Positions 11,841 to 25,036 are shown, numbered from the stretch's first letter. The stretch is 64,000 nucleotides of DNA from Utricularia gibba (GCA_002189035.1 CM007989.1:992001-1056000); one strand, 5' to 3'. Notes: generated by a model from the letters alone, not told the origin. Made by a program: numbers and translations.

Positions 11841-12489
11841 TTGCTTGGCACTTTAGTTATCTGTGAGTGAGCCTTCGAGGGTAATAGAAGTTATGCCTGC
11901 TTTTGAGGCTTAAATTCTGTTTAAGAGGCTGTATCCTTGACGTTCTGCAGGGAGGCATTTATGGGTATGGTCCATCTCCAAGGTTTCGAAATCAGGTGGA
12001 TGTGATACTCACTGAATCTGGTGAAGACCTCCAGCTTCAAACTTCACATAGCGGGGCAGCTCTGTTTGGGGGCATTTTTTGGGACAACACTATCGTTTGG
12101 TTCAGGGTTTATGCCTACAGAGGAGGGCTGAGAAAAAATGCTCACTGCTGTTCACCGCACTGAGCAGCTCCATGAATATGAATGTAAATGCTAACACTTT
12201 TGGTGAAAGGCATATGTTATGGCTATGTTGAGAAAGATACTGATACTCGCAATTCCAATGTTACAACTCTGAGGACTAAAGTTGGCACATGAACTTATTC
12301 ATCAAGTTCTAGACACAATCAGAAACATGGACTCGTACTGGAAACTCGGAAGTGAAAAATGAAGCTCTCGCGACACACTGCGTTGGAATGTGCCGTTTGC
12401 TGCAAAATTGGCATCACCTGTTACCAGAATATCACGAGGAAATGGAGGCAGGCGTAAGAAACCTTAAACGAGATTCTTACGCTGAAATC

Positions 12490-15153
12490 TCAAGGCGTGT
12501 TCTTGCTCAAGCCTGAAAACATCTTGCCGTATAATTTGGCATCTTTCTTGTTGTACTCCTTCACTTTCTCCTTCAGAACTTTGTATTCCAGCTTCAAATC
12601 TCTGTTATTGCCATGGCTTTAAAGCGAGTCACGAGAACTAAAGTAGGAACCGAGCTTCAGACTGCAATGCTACCTGTTCTCGGGGTCGATCTCAAGTGCC
12701 TTTTTTATGTCGATTTCAGCCACATCCAGATCCGCCAAGTTGATATACGCCTGAGCCCTTCGGTACAATGCCTTTACATTTGTAGTCTCGAGTTCCAGCA
12801 CCTTTAAATGATCCAGAGATAATGCAGGCTATGCAAACAACACCAGGAGCGAGAGAGAAGAGAACGGTTAAGTTAAACAAACAATACCTTTGTGCAAAGT
12901 TTCTCAGCCTGCTTATACTCTTTCTGTTTCAATTGGCATGCAGCATTGTTGAGGTTGCAAGTGATCTTCAAGGCCTTGGCTTGCTTTTTCTCATCGTCAC
13001 TGAAGGAGGAATCATGATCGATATACTTGGCAGCCTGGTTTGAGTACCGCAATGTAAGCTATGGTGGTGAAAGCAGAGTTGGTGAGGCATTTGCAAAGAG
13101 CCTCTAGGATCCGAATGCTCACCTTTTCATACTTCTTAGAAGCTCTCAAGAACTTTCCAGCCTTAAACAGTGCATTCCCTTCTTCCTTTTTCGTAATGGC
13201 AGCTTCAATTTTCTCCTGAGTGTTCATGTCCCAAGATTCTTTGTCCTGAAGAAAGAATAACTAACGTCAAACATATTTAATTGCAGAGAAACCCCTTGGA
13301 ATTCCAAATTCCGAATTCTAACCTTCACGAAGGATACAAGTTCGACTTCATAGTACACAGTGGAGTTCGGGGGGACTCCAGCTAGCTCCTGCTGTGACCC
13401 TGAAGATCCAAAGGCATACTCAGGGGCAATTGTTATGAGTGCAACCTCTCCCTTCTTCATTTTCAACACCGCTCTATCCAACCCTTCAATAACTTGTTCT
13501 GCATGAAGAAAATACGTTAAGATGCATCCTGACACGAATGTACCAATTGAGAAGCAAAGAAACCTACTCGTGTACCTTCATCTGTTTTGAACTCATACAG
13601 ATCAGCTTCATCATCACCATGACCTCTTTTAATAAACACAGTGCCATCTTGAAGCTTTCCAATCAATTTCACTGAATAATTGAATAGGAGTTATCATGGA
13701 AAGAACACATAAAAGCAGGAAAATAAATGTCCATAAGAAATTTTCGAGTAATCACCTTTCACAACAGCTCCTTCGTTGGGGCGCTCATACCCCTCGCCTT
13801 CTTTCAAGACTTTCTTGACAACTTTCTTGTCATCAGTAACATCCGTAACTGTCTTCCATGATACCAATTCCACTGTAATATACAGAGTTGCATTCGGAGG
13901 GATGCCTCCTTCTGGGAAACCTTTTTCGCCAAACCCATCTGTACAAAAAAAGTTCCATCAAAACACAGCGCTCCCACGCTCTGCAGAACCAATTTGGAAG
14001 GCACAAATGTAAAGTAAGCAGCTCACATTGCGGTTTGACAGTAAGAAGAGCTTTTTCAGCCCTTTTCATTGTTTTCACAGCCTTGGGCAGTGCAGGGCAA
14101 AGAAGACCTGAAAGGAGAGCTGTAAGGGAAAACCCCAGAGGCAACATTCAGTTTCAAACATGCTTGATCCGGAAAAATACCATCTCTAAGGATGAATTCA
14201 ATTCCACTTGTTTCGGCCACCACAGTTCCATCTTGCAACTTAACTTCATACTTCACTGGAATAAGAAACGGTCGACTCAGGAACAGCCAAGCAAGATTAC
14301 GTTAACATCAGGCAGCACCTCAGGTTACCATACCTAAGACTTCATCAGCATCCCCAGGAGTCTCCCATTTCTCACCCTCTCTGAGGATCTTTTTGTACAC
14401 ACCGCCATCCTTGCAGATGTCCTTAATACTGACCCAGGAAAGCAACTCAACATCAAACTGCAAGGTAGCCTTAGGAGGAATAGTCGGAGGGGATCCCGAT
14501 TCACCGTAAGCCAATTCTGGTGGTATGGTGAAGATTGCATTTTCCCCTTTCTTCATTGTCTTGATACCTTCATCCCATCCCTTGATGACCTGTCCTGTAA
14601 GTCATTCACGAGCATGACGATATCGTTATACATAGAAACAGACAATTCTGAAGGATGTACAATTCGACTGTAGAAGCAGACGATGAATAATGACCTGAAC
14701 GAAGTCACTGAAAAACACTTTTAACATGTAATTTAAAATCAAGATATGTCCAATAAAAACCCCAGAAAATGCATAAAGGAGAAGAGAAAAAGTGAACCTT
14801 GGCCAAGCTTGAAAGTGAATGGCTCTCCCCTGTCACGACTTGAATCAAATTTGGTACCGTCGAGCAAAGTTCCAGTATAATGAACTGAATTTGTCCAAAA
14901 CCAAACCAAAGTTCAAAAGCAGTGCAAGTCCAGTCATTCAGTTGAAAACAAGAGTGAATTCAACAAGTACCGTAAACTTCATCGCCGTTTTCAGGCGTAT
15001 CCCAGCCTTCCCCTTCCTTCACAAGCTTCTTCTTCAAACCTTGCTTCCCAATTTCCTTCTCTTCTCCAACCTTAACAGGCCCCAAATCCCCGGCAGATCC
15101 AGATCCTCATCCATCCCTTCCGCGGGCGGAATGTCGAGGTCCTCGTCCATCAT
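12490..15153 (-). CDS. Multi-domain immunophilin FKBP62/65 (ROF1/ROF2 type; three FKBP domains plus TPR), 12 exons
   Basis: The translation contains [56 protein letters not shown] segments ([21 protein letters not shown]) and [14 protein letters not shown]. All junctions I checked stay in frame. Confidence 0.94.
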
Positions 15154-15444
15154 TTTTGGGTAGAATTCAGGGTTTACCGTTGCTCCGAAAGTGACGAAGG
15201 CTGAAGATCTAGAGACTTCCTCAGGGTTTACGATGTAAATTGAAGGTAGGGTAACCGTACATTTTCATTTAAAAGAAAAACCTCTAGAGAGTTCTTCTCA
15301 TTACAAATAATTGGAATTCTTTTTATTATTATTTTATTATTCCATAAAAAGAAAAAGAAAAATGCAGATTGCAGAGGCGGTTCGTATTTCAGCCACAAAA
15401 AGGGCTTTCCGGTAACAGTACCGACGAATTGGTAATCGCAACAG

Positions 15445-16128
15445 ATGGCGTCGTCTCTCATCGCCACTCCGATGGCCCAATCCGCCATCCCGGTCCCGGT
15501 CTCCCTCGGCGTCGCAATTCCGCGACGTATACGCCTTTTGGGGGTGCCTTTATCGAAATCTTCGTCCTTCTATCCGTCCCGTCTGCCGAAACCCTCGATT
15601 CTGAAAATTTCAGCGTCGACTACCTCTGCGCCCGCTGTAATGCTCATCGACTCGCCCAATCCCAGCCTCCCACCCCGGGATTTGCTCACGGACTCCACGA
15701 GGACGGTGACTACGCTATTCGCTGCATCCATGATTGCCTCCAGGGTATTCGCGAATGGACTTTTGAGTTTTGTTGTGCAATTGAGAGAGCCGTTGGTCAC
15801 CGCCGCCTGCCCAGCCTTGTTCGCTGCGGTTAAGAGCGCTCCTGTTCGTTCCCTAAACACGCCCTTAACCGTGGTCGCCGCCGGCATGGCGAAATGGCTT
15901 GATATTTACAGTGGAGTTTTGATGGTACGAGTTTTGCTCAGTTGGTTTCCCAACATTCCATGGGATAGACAGCCCTTATCCGCCATCAGGGATCTCTGCG
16001 ATCCTTACCTGAACTTGTTCAGGAACGTGATTCCTCCCATATTTGACACTCTGGATGTGAGCCCCCTGTTCGCGTTTGCAGTTTTGGGTACTTTGGGCTC
16101 CATTTTGAACAGCACCAGGGCCGGATAA
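15445..16128 (+). CDS. YLMG1: YGGT-family chloroplast protein YLMG1-like (227 aa)
   Basis: A transit peptide is followed by the YGGT domain WLDIYSGVLMVRVLLSWFPNIPWDRQPLSAIRDLCDPYLNLFRNVIPP. Confidence 0.92.
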   Translation: MASSLIATPMAQSAIPVPVSLGVAIPRRIRLLGVPLSKSSSFYPSRLPKPSILKISASTTSAPAVMLIDSPNPSLPPRDLLTDSTRTVTTLFAASMIASRVFANGLLSFVVQLREPLVTAACPALFAAVKSAPVRSLNTPLTVVAAGMAKWLDIYSGVLMVRVLLSWFPNIPWDRQPLSAIRDLCDPYLNLFRNVIPPIFDTLDVSPLFAFAVLGTLGSILNSTRAG

Positions 16129-17481
16129 TGGAGCAGGACTCAAAGCTTCCCCTTTACTTCGTGGTACGCTGCTGATGCACTTGTTGAGTTTTGTAGCAGT
16201 AGTTCTGGTGATTTGATGCATGCATGATTCATGGGTTTAGACATCTAAATTTTGTCTCGGAGTTTAAAGAACAGCACTTTACTCTACAATTTCAATCCTT
16301 ATGTTTATGGGCTGTTCTTGGTTTCCAATTCCTTCAAGATACTTGATCTTATAGAAGGGTGTGAACACACTGAATCAACAGATAATTTACAGGTTTCGCA
16401 AACCTTTCGTCGTCAATTTCGACTGAGCTACGCCATGAACCTTTCCCGGCTACAGGTTTTGGTAGCTCTGGTAAATGTGATCAATTCAAAAGGAGAGAGT
16501 CTTCGATACATGACTGTTGCAGGTTTCTTCTCAAAATTGAAATCCGTTTCTAATTGGGCCGGACTTCTACTCATTCCCTTGGGCCAGATCAATCCCTACT
16601 ACCAAGGCAGGATCCATCCATATACCAGCACCGAAAACCCAGACCCGTTTCCGGATACCATCTCAAACCTTGAATAAAAAATACCTGAACCATTTTCGTA
16701 CATTCACGAACTCATCTTACAGTCTGATGTTGACCCGACCCAAATGATCAATCGGATCCTTGGGTCACGTTTAAACCCTATTTGATTCTATTTTTAAGAA
16801 ATGTTTTTTTCGAGTACGAATGTTTTATTCAAAAAAAATGTTCGTTTTTATTCCCTCTTGTTTTGTTCAAAATTTGAAATTATTTTTATTCTCCTTAAAT
16901 TAGCCTCCAAAATTCATTAAAAGTATTTGATAAATAAAAGGAAACTACAAATCCTTTACCTTCTATTTATTAGAAATATTTTTCTAAAATTGATTTTTAA
17001 TTTCAAAATGGCACTTGAAGGTATTTTTTTTAAAAGGTAAAACATAATTATTTTTCGCACATACGGTTGACTGCAGGCGACAAATGTTTCCATGCCTGCG
17101 ACCACACGCAATGCTTTTCGTGGGCAGTGCGGGCTTCCCCTTTTGTCACGTGGCAAAACATTAGAAAAAGGTTTAATAATAATCATGATAGTAATAAGTA
17201 TGTCAACTTTTTTGTTTACTAAAAAAAAGGGTTCTAGTGTGAAAAGTAGAAAAGTTAATATCACTAATCGTTAATTAATTATTTTAATCCATAGATAATA
17301 ATAATAATAAGAATTTTTCATTATGATCATAACACGTGGAATGATTGAAAGCAGCAGTAGTAATAGTAGTAATATATTTGAACATTTCACACCGTACGGT
17401 CAATCAGCCACAAGCTTCTTCTTCTACACATGAACGTGAGCGTGGACAGTCGGAAGGGATGGAGTTGCAGGCGGTCATCGA

Positions 17482-18350
17482 TCAGCACACACAGTCGACC
17501 TTCATCTTCATGCAGCTTGAGAACAGACTCCACATACCTTTCTGCTCACGGCGGAGGAAGAGGGGAGGCCGATTAGGGAACTGCGCATGCAGGGTTACGA
17601 TGAATTGATGATGATCGGGGGGTGGAAGTACCTTTCTGGAGTTGGCGCGGAGGATCTCCGGCGAGATTTTGTATAGATCCTCGTCGACGGCTTTTGCCCG
17701 GGGGCGGGGGGGGGGAGGGAGTCGCCGCCAGGGGACTTGGGGGCGATTTCAGTTTGTACACTGCCAGCTTGTCTTTCTCCTTGGTGCTGTAGCTCAATTT
17801 CCCCTGCAGAGAACCATGAAAAAGTCTGAATCCTTTGTGTGTGTGGTTAATTGGGAGAAGGGAGTTTGGTGGGGGGTTGTGATCTGACCCTGCGGCGAGG
17901 AACGACGATGACCGCCGGAGTAACGATGTCGTTTTGATACAAGTCGCCGGTGACATACAAGTCCCTGTCCTGAGAGAAGCTGTAGCGGAAGAAGCCCGGC
18001 GTGTTTCTAGCGGATTCGAAGCACTGGGTGAAGGGGAGATCCCCGTCGCATTCCCAGCTCCCGAATTCAGGGACATGGCTCCTCTTCATGCAGAAATCCT
18101 GCAGAGAATCCAAAAGAACCCGATTGAACTTCACAGCAAAAAGACAAGAAAAACAGAGAATTGAAAGCAACCCAGTCCCGAGTCTCAGAAGACGAAACAC
18201 GAAAAAGAGAAATTCGAAAGGAACCCAGTTCCAGTTTCAGAAGAAGAAACAAGAAAAAGATAAATTCGAAAGCAACCATGTTTCAGTTGGAGAAGAAGAA
18301 ACAAGGGAAAGAAAGGGAGAATGGGGCAATGGGCAGTTACTTACTTCCAT
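17482..18350 (-). CDS. NOI/RIN4-like protein with an AvrRpt2 cleavage-type motif. Exons 18350-18345, 18098-17889, 17803-17632 and 17541-17482, with an apparent 1-nt frameshift in exon 3.
   Basis: The translation is ME/DFCMKRSHVPEFGSW..LPFTQCFESAR..VTGDLYQNDIVTPAVIVVPRRR/GK... The family-like KAVDEDLYKISPEIL appears only after a frame change in the G10 run at 17706-17715. The C-terminus is SSCMKMKVDCVC. Confidence 0.78.
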
Positions 18351-21331
18351 GGAAATAAGAACGGATTAAGGGGATCTTGGATTCAGGTTCAGGGGAGGTT
18401 CTTGTGCTTTTGTAAAGAGAAAAACTAAAGCAGGAGGGTTGAAGGGATGGATAAAAAAAACGAAAGAGAAGAAGTTAAAAAGGAAAAGGGGGTGCGTGGG
18501 AAGAAGGGGAGAGAAGGACACACAACTTTCAGAAAGAGGTAGACCCACAGGTGAGAAAAAAGGGCAGGCAAAGAAGCCCGAATACCGAAGACATTTTTAT
18601 TAGTATCAACGTACAGTTACACACACAGCAGCAGACTCTGTGCTCTCTGCACTGCGCCAGCCACAGTACCACACCAGCAAAGCTTAACGACGCGTCTCTG
18701 TTTTGAAGAAGCTCGTTTTTCTCGCCATCAAAAGGTAAGCGCCTCACACATTAAAAGTTGACCCCTCTCCCTCTCCCTCTCCCTCTCCCAAGAACACCAG
18801 TTGACCCTCTGCCCCGCCATACACACCCATAGTCCACTCAGTGATCCCATTCCAGTGAAGGGTTCCTGAAACTTTAGAAAACTAGTAGTCACACTTGAAA
18901 TTGTATCATATTAGAAAAGATTAGATCAAATTATTCTAAAACAATCATTTACATGCATAGTCAAGGCAGTGGTCTTGATCCACAATCCCTTGAATGAGGG
19001 TGGTTTCAGTCAACCCATGATCCATCACCAAACCCTGAAAAACTACCCAGGGGTGAAACGCAATGAAAAGATGGTGCACTTTATGAGCATGTCACCTCCC
19101 CTAGCAGTGGTCTATAGCCATAACTATGACTATACTCGAGGTTGGTTTGAAGTAAAGTAAGAGTGAGAATGTGAACAGTATGGATTTTGGAAAAGGAAAA
19201 GTGAGAGGTGGAGCATGGGCATGTGAAATGAAGAAAAGGGGAGGGAGCCAGAGGTGAAAAAATGATAATAATATGAAGAAGAAGAAGAAAGCAGCAGTAA
19301 ATGAGTCTCTGGAAAGAAGAAGAAGCAGCAAGGCCCTTAAATGTGTTGCAGGGAAAACACAGTCCCAGCCACCAGCAGCATTCAATTCAATGAGTTCCCA
19401 ACATTATCATTCCATCCCCAGCAATATTATTACACATTACACCTCTCCATGATCCCTGCTTCCAACCTTAGCACCACCCTTTTCCACTTTCTACTTTACT
19501 TTGTGTTAATCGGGCAGCTCTCACATGGATGACACCATCTTCATGGGATTCCAAGACTACCAATTTCTGTGTAATACTAACACAAGGAGTAGTCCGTTTT
19601 CTGATCTTCAGACAAAGAGCATGGAAATGGTAGGCGTAATTAATACAACCAAAACCACTTGTCCTGTGCTTCATGTGTAGGAGAGGGTGTGGGCAGTCTA
19701 GCGTAATGTACTACTGTACAAAGCGGCAGGATGCGCCTTGTCCAATTAGTGATGCAATTATTAATGGATGATTCATTAGCAACATCTAGTCTCCCTAATT
19801 TCAACTCTGGTCGCACCTCTATGGTCTACGTTGGTCCGAGTTTATAAATAATAATTTGGGTTTATAAAACCCAAATAATCTTTTTTTTTTTTCTCAATGT
19901 CAAAAAATTAAATTATCAATAATTCCTAAAGAATATATACAAAATAAAACGAAATATTAAAAATATAAAAATATGTATATTATCAAGGTAGATGATGATG
20001 ATAGTTTCATTGAATAGCCAAAGATTGTTCGAGCCACTATTCATTTAGATACCCATGTATTCCCTTTCATTTATTTCGTATTCAATGAGTAACTTGCAAT
20101 CCAGCTATCTCAATTTATTTAAAATATTTATAAAAATAAAATTTTTATTTAATAGATTGAATCAAAGAATATTTTTCTTCTAAAGTACTTTAGAATTGTT
20201 AAGAATTCACTCAAATGTTATTTAGAAAAATGATATATCATAAATATCTTATGATATATAATATTTTAAGTCAGTGGATAAAATATTTACTCTCTCAAAC
20301 CAATTTTACCGTCAAATAGGATGGTTCCTCATCTATTGATAATTTATAAATTATGTTTTTTTTCTAGTAATTTCGATGAGGATTATCTAATTTAATTAAA
20401 ATATGGTATCATATTTTAGAAGAGTTTTGAATCAATATTGATGTACACAATTTAACTGCACACCAAATGCATGGATTTTTGCATGAAAGATAATTATACT
20501 TGGGAATTATCTACTTGGCATGCTGAATTCAGGATTAAAAAATAATAATAATTCTGCAAAAACAGTGGGTACACTCAGGACAAGCTTTGCTGAAAAGGAG
20601 CCGTACGGTAAGACTGAAGTTGGTGCAGAGGAAATGGACCGTTCGATTTACAATGCTGTCAGATCTCTCTGCCTCTGCTCATTAAGGTTGTATTTAATCG
20701 ATTTTATGGTGCGGTTAAAATTGTTTTTTTCACTAATGTCGAATGTGGGGGACTGGGACCGTCTTGTCCACTTCACGCCACGAGCGAGATGTCTGTTTGC
20801 TGGCTCTGCCCTCTCTTCGCCCCCTCCCCGTACCCCCCAGAAACTTCAAACTTGCCTCTGCCCCTCCCTCTTTAAAACCCCAACCCAACCGTAATCCGGA
20901 CTGCATCGGATTCCATTACACCGTATGTATGACGAACGCAACGCGAGGGCTGAGTAAGTAATGTCTCAGAATCAAGATCAAGACGGGGGTTTGTCAGAAT
21001 TCACTCCATTCAAACATGCCATGCCTGTCTAGTCCATTTCAGTCGTCTGTAAATCATTCCATGGCCTGAAACTCGGTTTCTTCTGTCCGGTAACCGAAGA
21101 ATATGCACCCCTTTTTCTCTGTTTCGCGTTCACCAAGGAGGCGCAGGGTCGCAGCAGCCACCCACGCCCTGCAATCTGGGCAGGAAGAAGCCCAAGAAGA
21201 AACCCATTGCGCCATTTGGGCGGAGACAGCCTTGATTATTGATTAGTTGGGGTGATTAGACGTTTAATCAAACAATTAGGGATGGTGGGGCCCCCAACCC
21301 TCCCACCAATCACAACGCAGACCAACAATTA

Positions 21332-21351
21332 CCCTAATTAATTAATTAGGG
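21332..21351. repeat. Perfect 20-bp palindrome CCCTAATTAATTAATTAGGG
   Basis: The sequence equals its own reverse complement. Confidence 0.85.
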
Positions 21352-23426
21352 ATTGAATAAAAAACCCCAATCTCAACCAACGCATTGAATTCAAATTCAA
21401 ATTTATATTATATATCATTATCGGAATAATGTCAATCATCAATATCAATTAATTTTTTAAAAGGAGAATATTGCGCAGTTGGCGATCCGGGGTTGGTCCT
21501 CGTGCGGTGCGCCACACGGGGCTTGTTCCCTAGTGATAGTGCCCACTCTCGAGAGCATATGCAAATTCACGATCATATAATATGATCCAATGAGGCCATG
21601 AGGCACCTCACCAAGTGGAGAATTCGGAATCGAATCGAATCTGATCGACGGGTGGTTAGAACCGCAACTAGAGTTGTGTTATGCAGTTTCGACCAAGATC
21701 AATGTGTATGTAAATGATGGTGGTGTTTTTGAACATGAAACTTTGGTGCTACATTTTACTGCAAGGTCAAGTAGGAGTTGGGTGGGTCCCATGGGCATCG
21801 CATGAATACTGTTGCAAGTATGTTGAGAGTAGTTGATGGGGCCCCACTGAAGAAAACCATGCCATGAAGTCTCGTGCCTGCATGTGCCACATTTGTTTTC
21901 CCTTTTTTTATCGTTATTATTTTTGTGCGTTTTTTACGGAGCAAAGATGATTATTTAGGTAGATATTCCATGCCGAATATTGATATATGTACCATTTTAT
22001 ATTCAGCATCAATCTTGAAATATCACTTTGATCTAGGAGATATATCTTTAAATTCGATTCTAATGCAATATTTTTTAAATTATGATAATTCATACTATTT
22101 ACTGTATCGAAACTCATTCGAAATCTATTGTATCAAGCTTACCGTTTGAGTCATAAAAATCCGGTGTTCGATCAAGCCTTGAGATATAAACTAAAATAAA
22201 GTCCTCCATGAGTTGACGTGTTCGAAAACTATAAAACAACATTTACTTTTCTATTGCATAATTAGGGTTGGATCGAAATTGAAATGTAAGAAAATGGGCT
22301 AGTGAAAAGTAAGCATCAACACTAGGATTTCCTACAAAACTCAAATACAAAATATTAAATTTCAGTATTTTCAGATGTAATAAGATTACACTGTTTAGTT
22401 TATACTAATTTTTCAGAATTCATCCAGAATGACTTTTATATAAAAATTACTTCAATGCATGTCATAATAAAATTACCTTATTACTTTAGTAATACATGAA
22501 AGATTAATTTGTGTTAAATAATATATTTAGTGAGAAGTAACATTTAATATAATAAAAAAGATATAGAAATGGACACCTTTGTTATTTAATACTTAAAAGT
22601 ATGGTAAAACACAAACCTATATCCCATATTATGTACTTTGTTGATAACATTCAAGAAATTTCAATATAAGGATTATAAACTATACCGCATTTATTTCATA
22701 AATTTAATGCTATGGAGACGAGTTTATTTAAACCTATATTCTTTCATCCCTATGCCACATTATTATCTAATAATTCAATTAAATTAAACCCTTTTATCAA
22801 ACACTTTCATATAGATTTAGTTAATCCCATATAATGAAATGACGGTTATACCCATGGTCAAATGCATTGCTTAATTCCCCACTTCCCCCTGCATTTTAGT
22901 CACTTTTCCACACTGAATCTAGCGATTCAATCAACACACTAATCTTCTAATGAAATTGAGATGATCAAACTTTACGAAATGATTTCAATTACGAAACGCG
23001 CATTGACGATTGGAAGAAATGAATAAAAAGGGGAGGGGTAACATCCAAGAACAAGGGTATTGGATTAGTTACATCGCTCTTTTTGTTTGTTTGTTTAGAA
23101 TGTAGAAGTGGTACCTAATAGTCTGCCCTGTGGAACTATTCAAAAGGCTTGTTATCAAATCAGGTGGATGATTGGAAATAATGGAGGCAAGAAAAAAGGA
23201 AAACGCCAAGAGATGGGGGAATGGAACCCATGTGCAGTCATATGGTAGTTGGCCCATATCCCTCCTTGGAGATAATGAATGACTAAGACACGCCTAAATC
23301 CCCCATTAATCCTCCCTAATCTTTAATCATGTGAAGGAAGCTGCCTGCCTGTGTGGGTGCCTTCTCCCAGAACGAAAGATAAGAAATCACATCCAACTTT
23401 CTTCACAAATGTGCTCCCCTTCTGGT

Positions 23427-23436
<10 letters not shown>

Positions 23437-23462
<26 letters not shown>
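23437..23462. repeat. (TA)13 microsatellite about 25 bp upstream of the IBH1-like start codon
   Basis: Seen directly in the sequence. Confidence 0.9.
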
Positions 23463-23487
23463 CATACGCATATACATCAGTTACCCC

Positions 23488-23889
23488 ATGGCCATGGCGT
23501 CCCACAGAAACCCTAGTTTTGTGAAAGCTAGAGCTGCCCTCCGCTTCCTTCGAATCGTGCACAGCCTCCGGAGGAGGACGGCTCTTCTGCCGGTCTCCCG
23601 TCGGTACCGTGCGGTGCGGGCGGCGGCCTACGCCTCGATGGCGCATGCGGCCGGCCCGAGGAGGGCTTGGAGTAGGGCTTTGCTCGGGAAGCTTAGGCGG
23701 GCATCGGCTTCTCCAGGCCGAAACCCTAGCACTTCACTTCCGGGGTTCGAATCCGAGGAGCATCTCCGGGATCTCGTCCCCGGTGGAGCCCACATGGATT
23801 CCGCCAGTTTGCTTGATGAAGCCGGCCATTACATAGTGTGTCTGAAAGCGCAGATCGAGATCATGAAGAGGATCCTAGGGTGTTCTTGA
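23488..23889 (+). CDS. Atypical non-DNA-binding bHLH of the IBH1/IBL1 type (133 aa, intronless)
   Basis: The protein contains RRYRAVRAAAYASMAHAAGPRRAWSRALL and LRDLVPGGAHMDSASLLDEAGHYIVCLKAQIEIM. Confidence 0.85.
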   Translation: MAMASHRNPSFVKARAALRFLRIVHSLRRRTALLPVSRRYRAVRAAAYASMAHAAGPRRAWSRALLGKLRRASASPGRNPSTSLPGFESEEHLRDLVPGGAHMDSASLLDEAGHYIVCLKAQIEIMKRILGCS

Positions 23890-25036
23890 AGGTATGCGAG
23901 CGCAACCCCTACTTGGGCATGTGAGTGCTGTATATTCTGATCGCTAGAAGCCGGCGCCGGAGCGGAACCCGGCCGCCTTGAGAAGATCCGGCGGATGGAT
24001 ATCTATAGTTACAGTCTCTTAGTTTTGTGGCCTACGCTAGCTAGGGCTACTTCATTAGCCAGTATTGCTGTGTCCCTTTCTTCGCTTATGACGAAGATAC
24101 CGGGGCCTGTAATAATTGGGCAGGTGCATTGTTATGATAATACATGCTGTATTTTTCTTAGTCTATTGATAGCCTGTAATACACAAACAAAATCCCAACG
24201 CGCTAACCTTCGTTGCCTGCAGTTGTCAACACGAATTGTTTATAATTTCAAATATTCAATTCCCCATGAAAATCGAAATAAAACGGTTTTTTTTTCTAGA
24301 GGCAACCAAGTCATATGGTTTGTGGCTTTTGTTTTTTCATATCCTCATTGATAGTGTTTGTATATCCTTTGTGTTAACTCATGCATCCTCGTGAATCGAT
24401 TTCTAATGATCGAAATCTTTAAATCATAGACGAGTATATAACAAGCATGTTTTTAAAAATGAGTCAAAACATGCCCTTTGTGTTACTTTTTTTTATGATA
24501 ATTTAAGATATTTGTTTTTCATAATATATAATATCATCATAATTGTGTATTTGTTTCACAGTATATCAAATTAAAAATTACGGAAAATATTCAAATCATT
24601 ATAAATGTAATTAAAAATATTAAAAAAAACATTTATCAAGCTCAGGATATAAAAAATATGTATAATAAATAAAATTCTTCATCAATATTTGTGAATAACA
24701 TTTAATATGGATCGAAACACATAAAATAATGGATTCGAATTGAATTGAATCTCATGCTGAACAATGTAGAATTTTTTAAAACATATTATTTTGTATTTTA
24801 TTTAATAAAAATACAGAAAAAAAACTTTATTTTCGAATCAATTCCGCAAAATTATGAATTTACAAAACGATTAAAAGATATTATTTTGCATTATCTCGAA
24901 CTTGGGCCTGATGAATTAAATAATGCAAAGGGCAGCTCAATAGGCCTGGCCCGTGTCCATGCAGATCCTAACCATTTGGTCTACCCATTTGGCCCAATGA
25001 ACCCAACACACCAATTTGTTTAAGGAGAGAATGCAC

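Noticed and set aside
16252-16677. 141-aa plus-strand ORF downstream of YLMG1.
   Set aside because: It starts at a non-ATG codon, has no recognisable motif, and overlaps probable 3' UTR and repeat-like (ACCCGACCC) DNA.
21603-21616. The 14-mer GCACCTCACCAAGT is identical to the U2 3' end region (33236-33249).
   Set aside because: Several 14-bp exact matches are expected by chance within 64 kb, and the flanks show no similarity.
18360-23400. Search for conserved miRNA or TAS precursors in the long intergenic region.
   Set aside because: I saw no match to the conserved mature miRNAs I could recall (miR156-miR408 families) or to tasiARF, and no long hairpin.
23995-24351. 118-aa ORF downstream of the IBH1-like gene.
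   Set aside because: It has 3' UTR-like composition and no recognisable domain.
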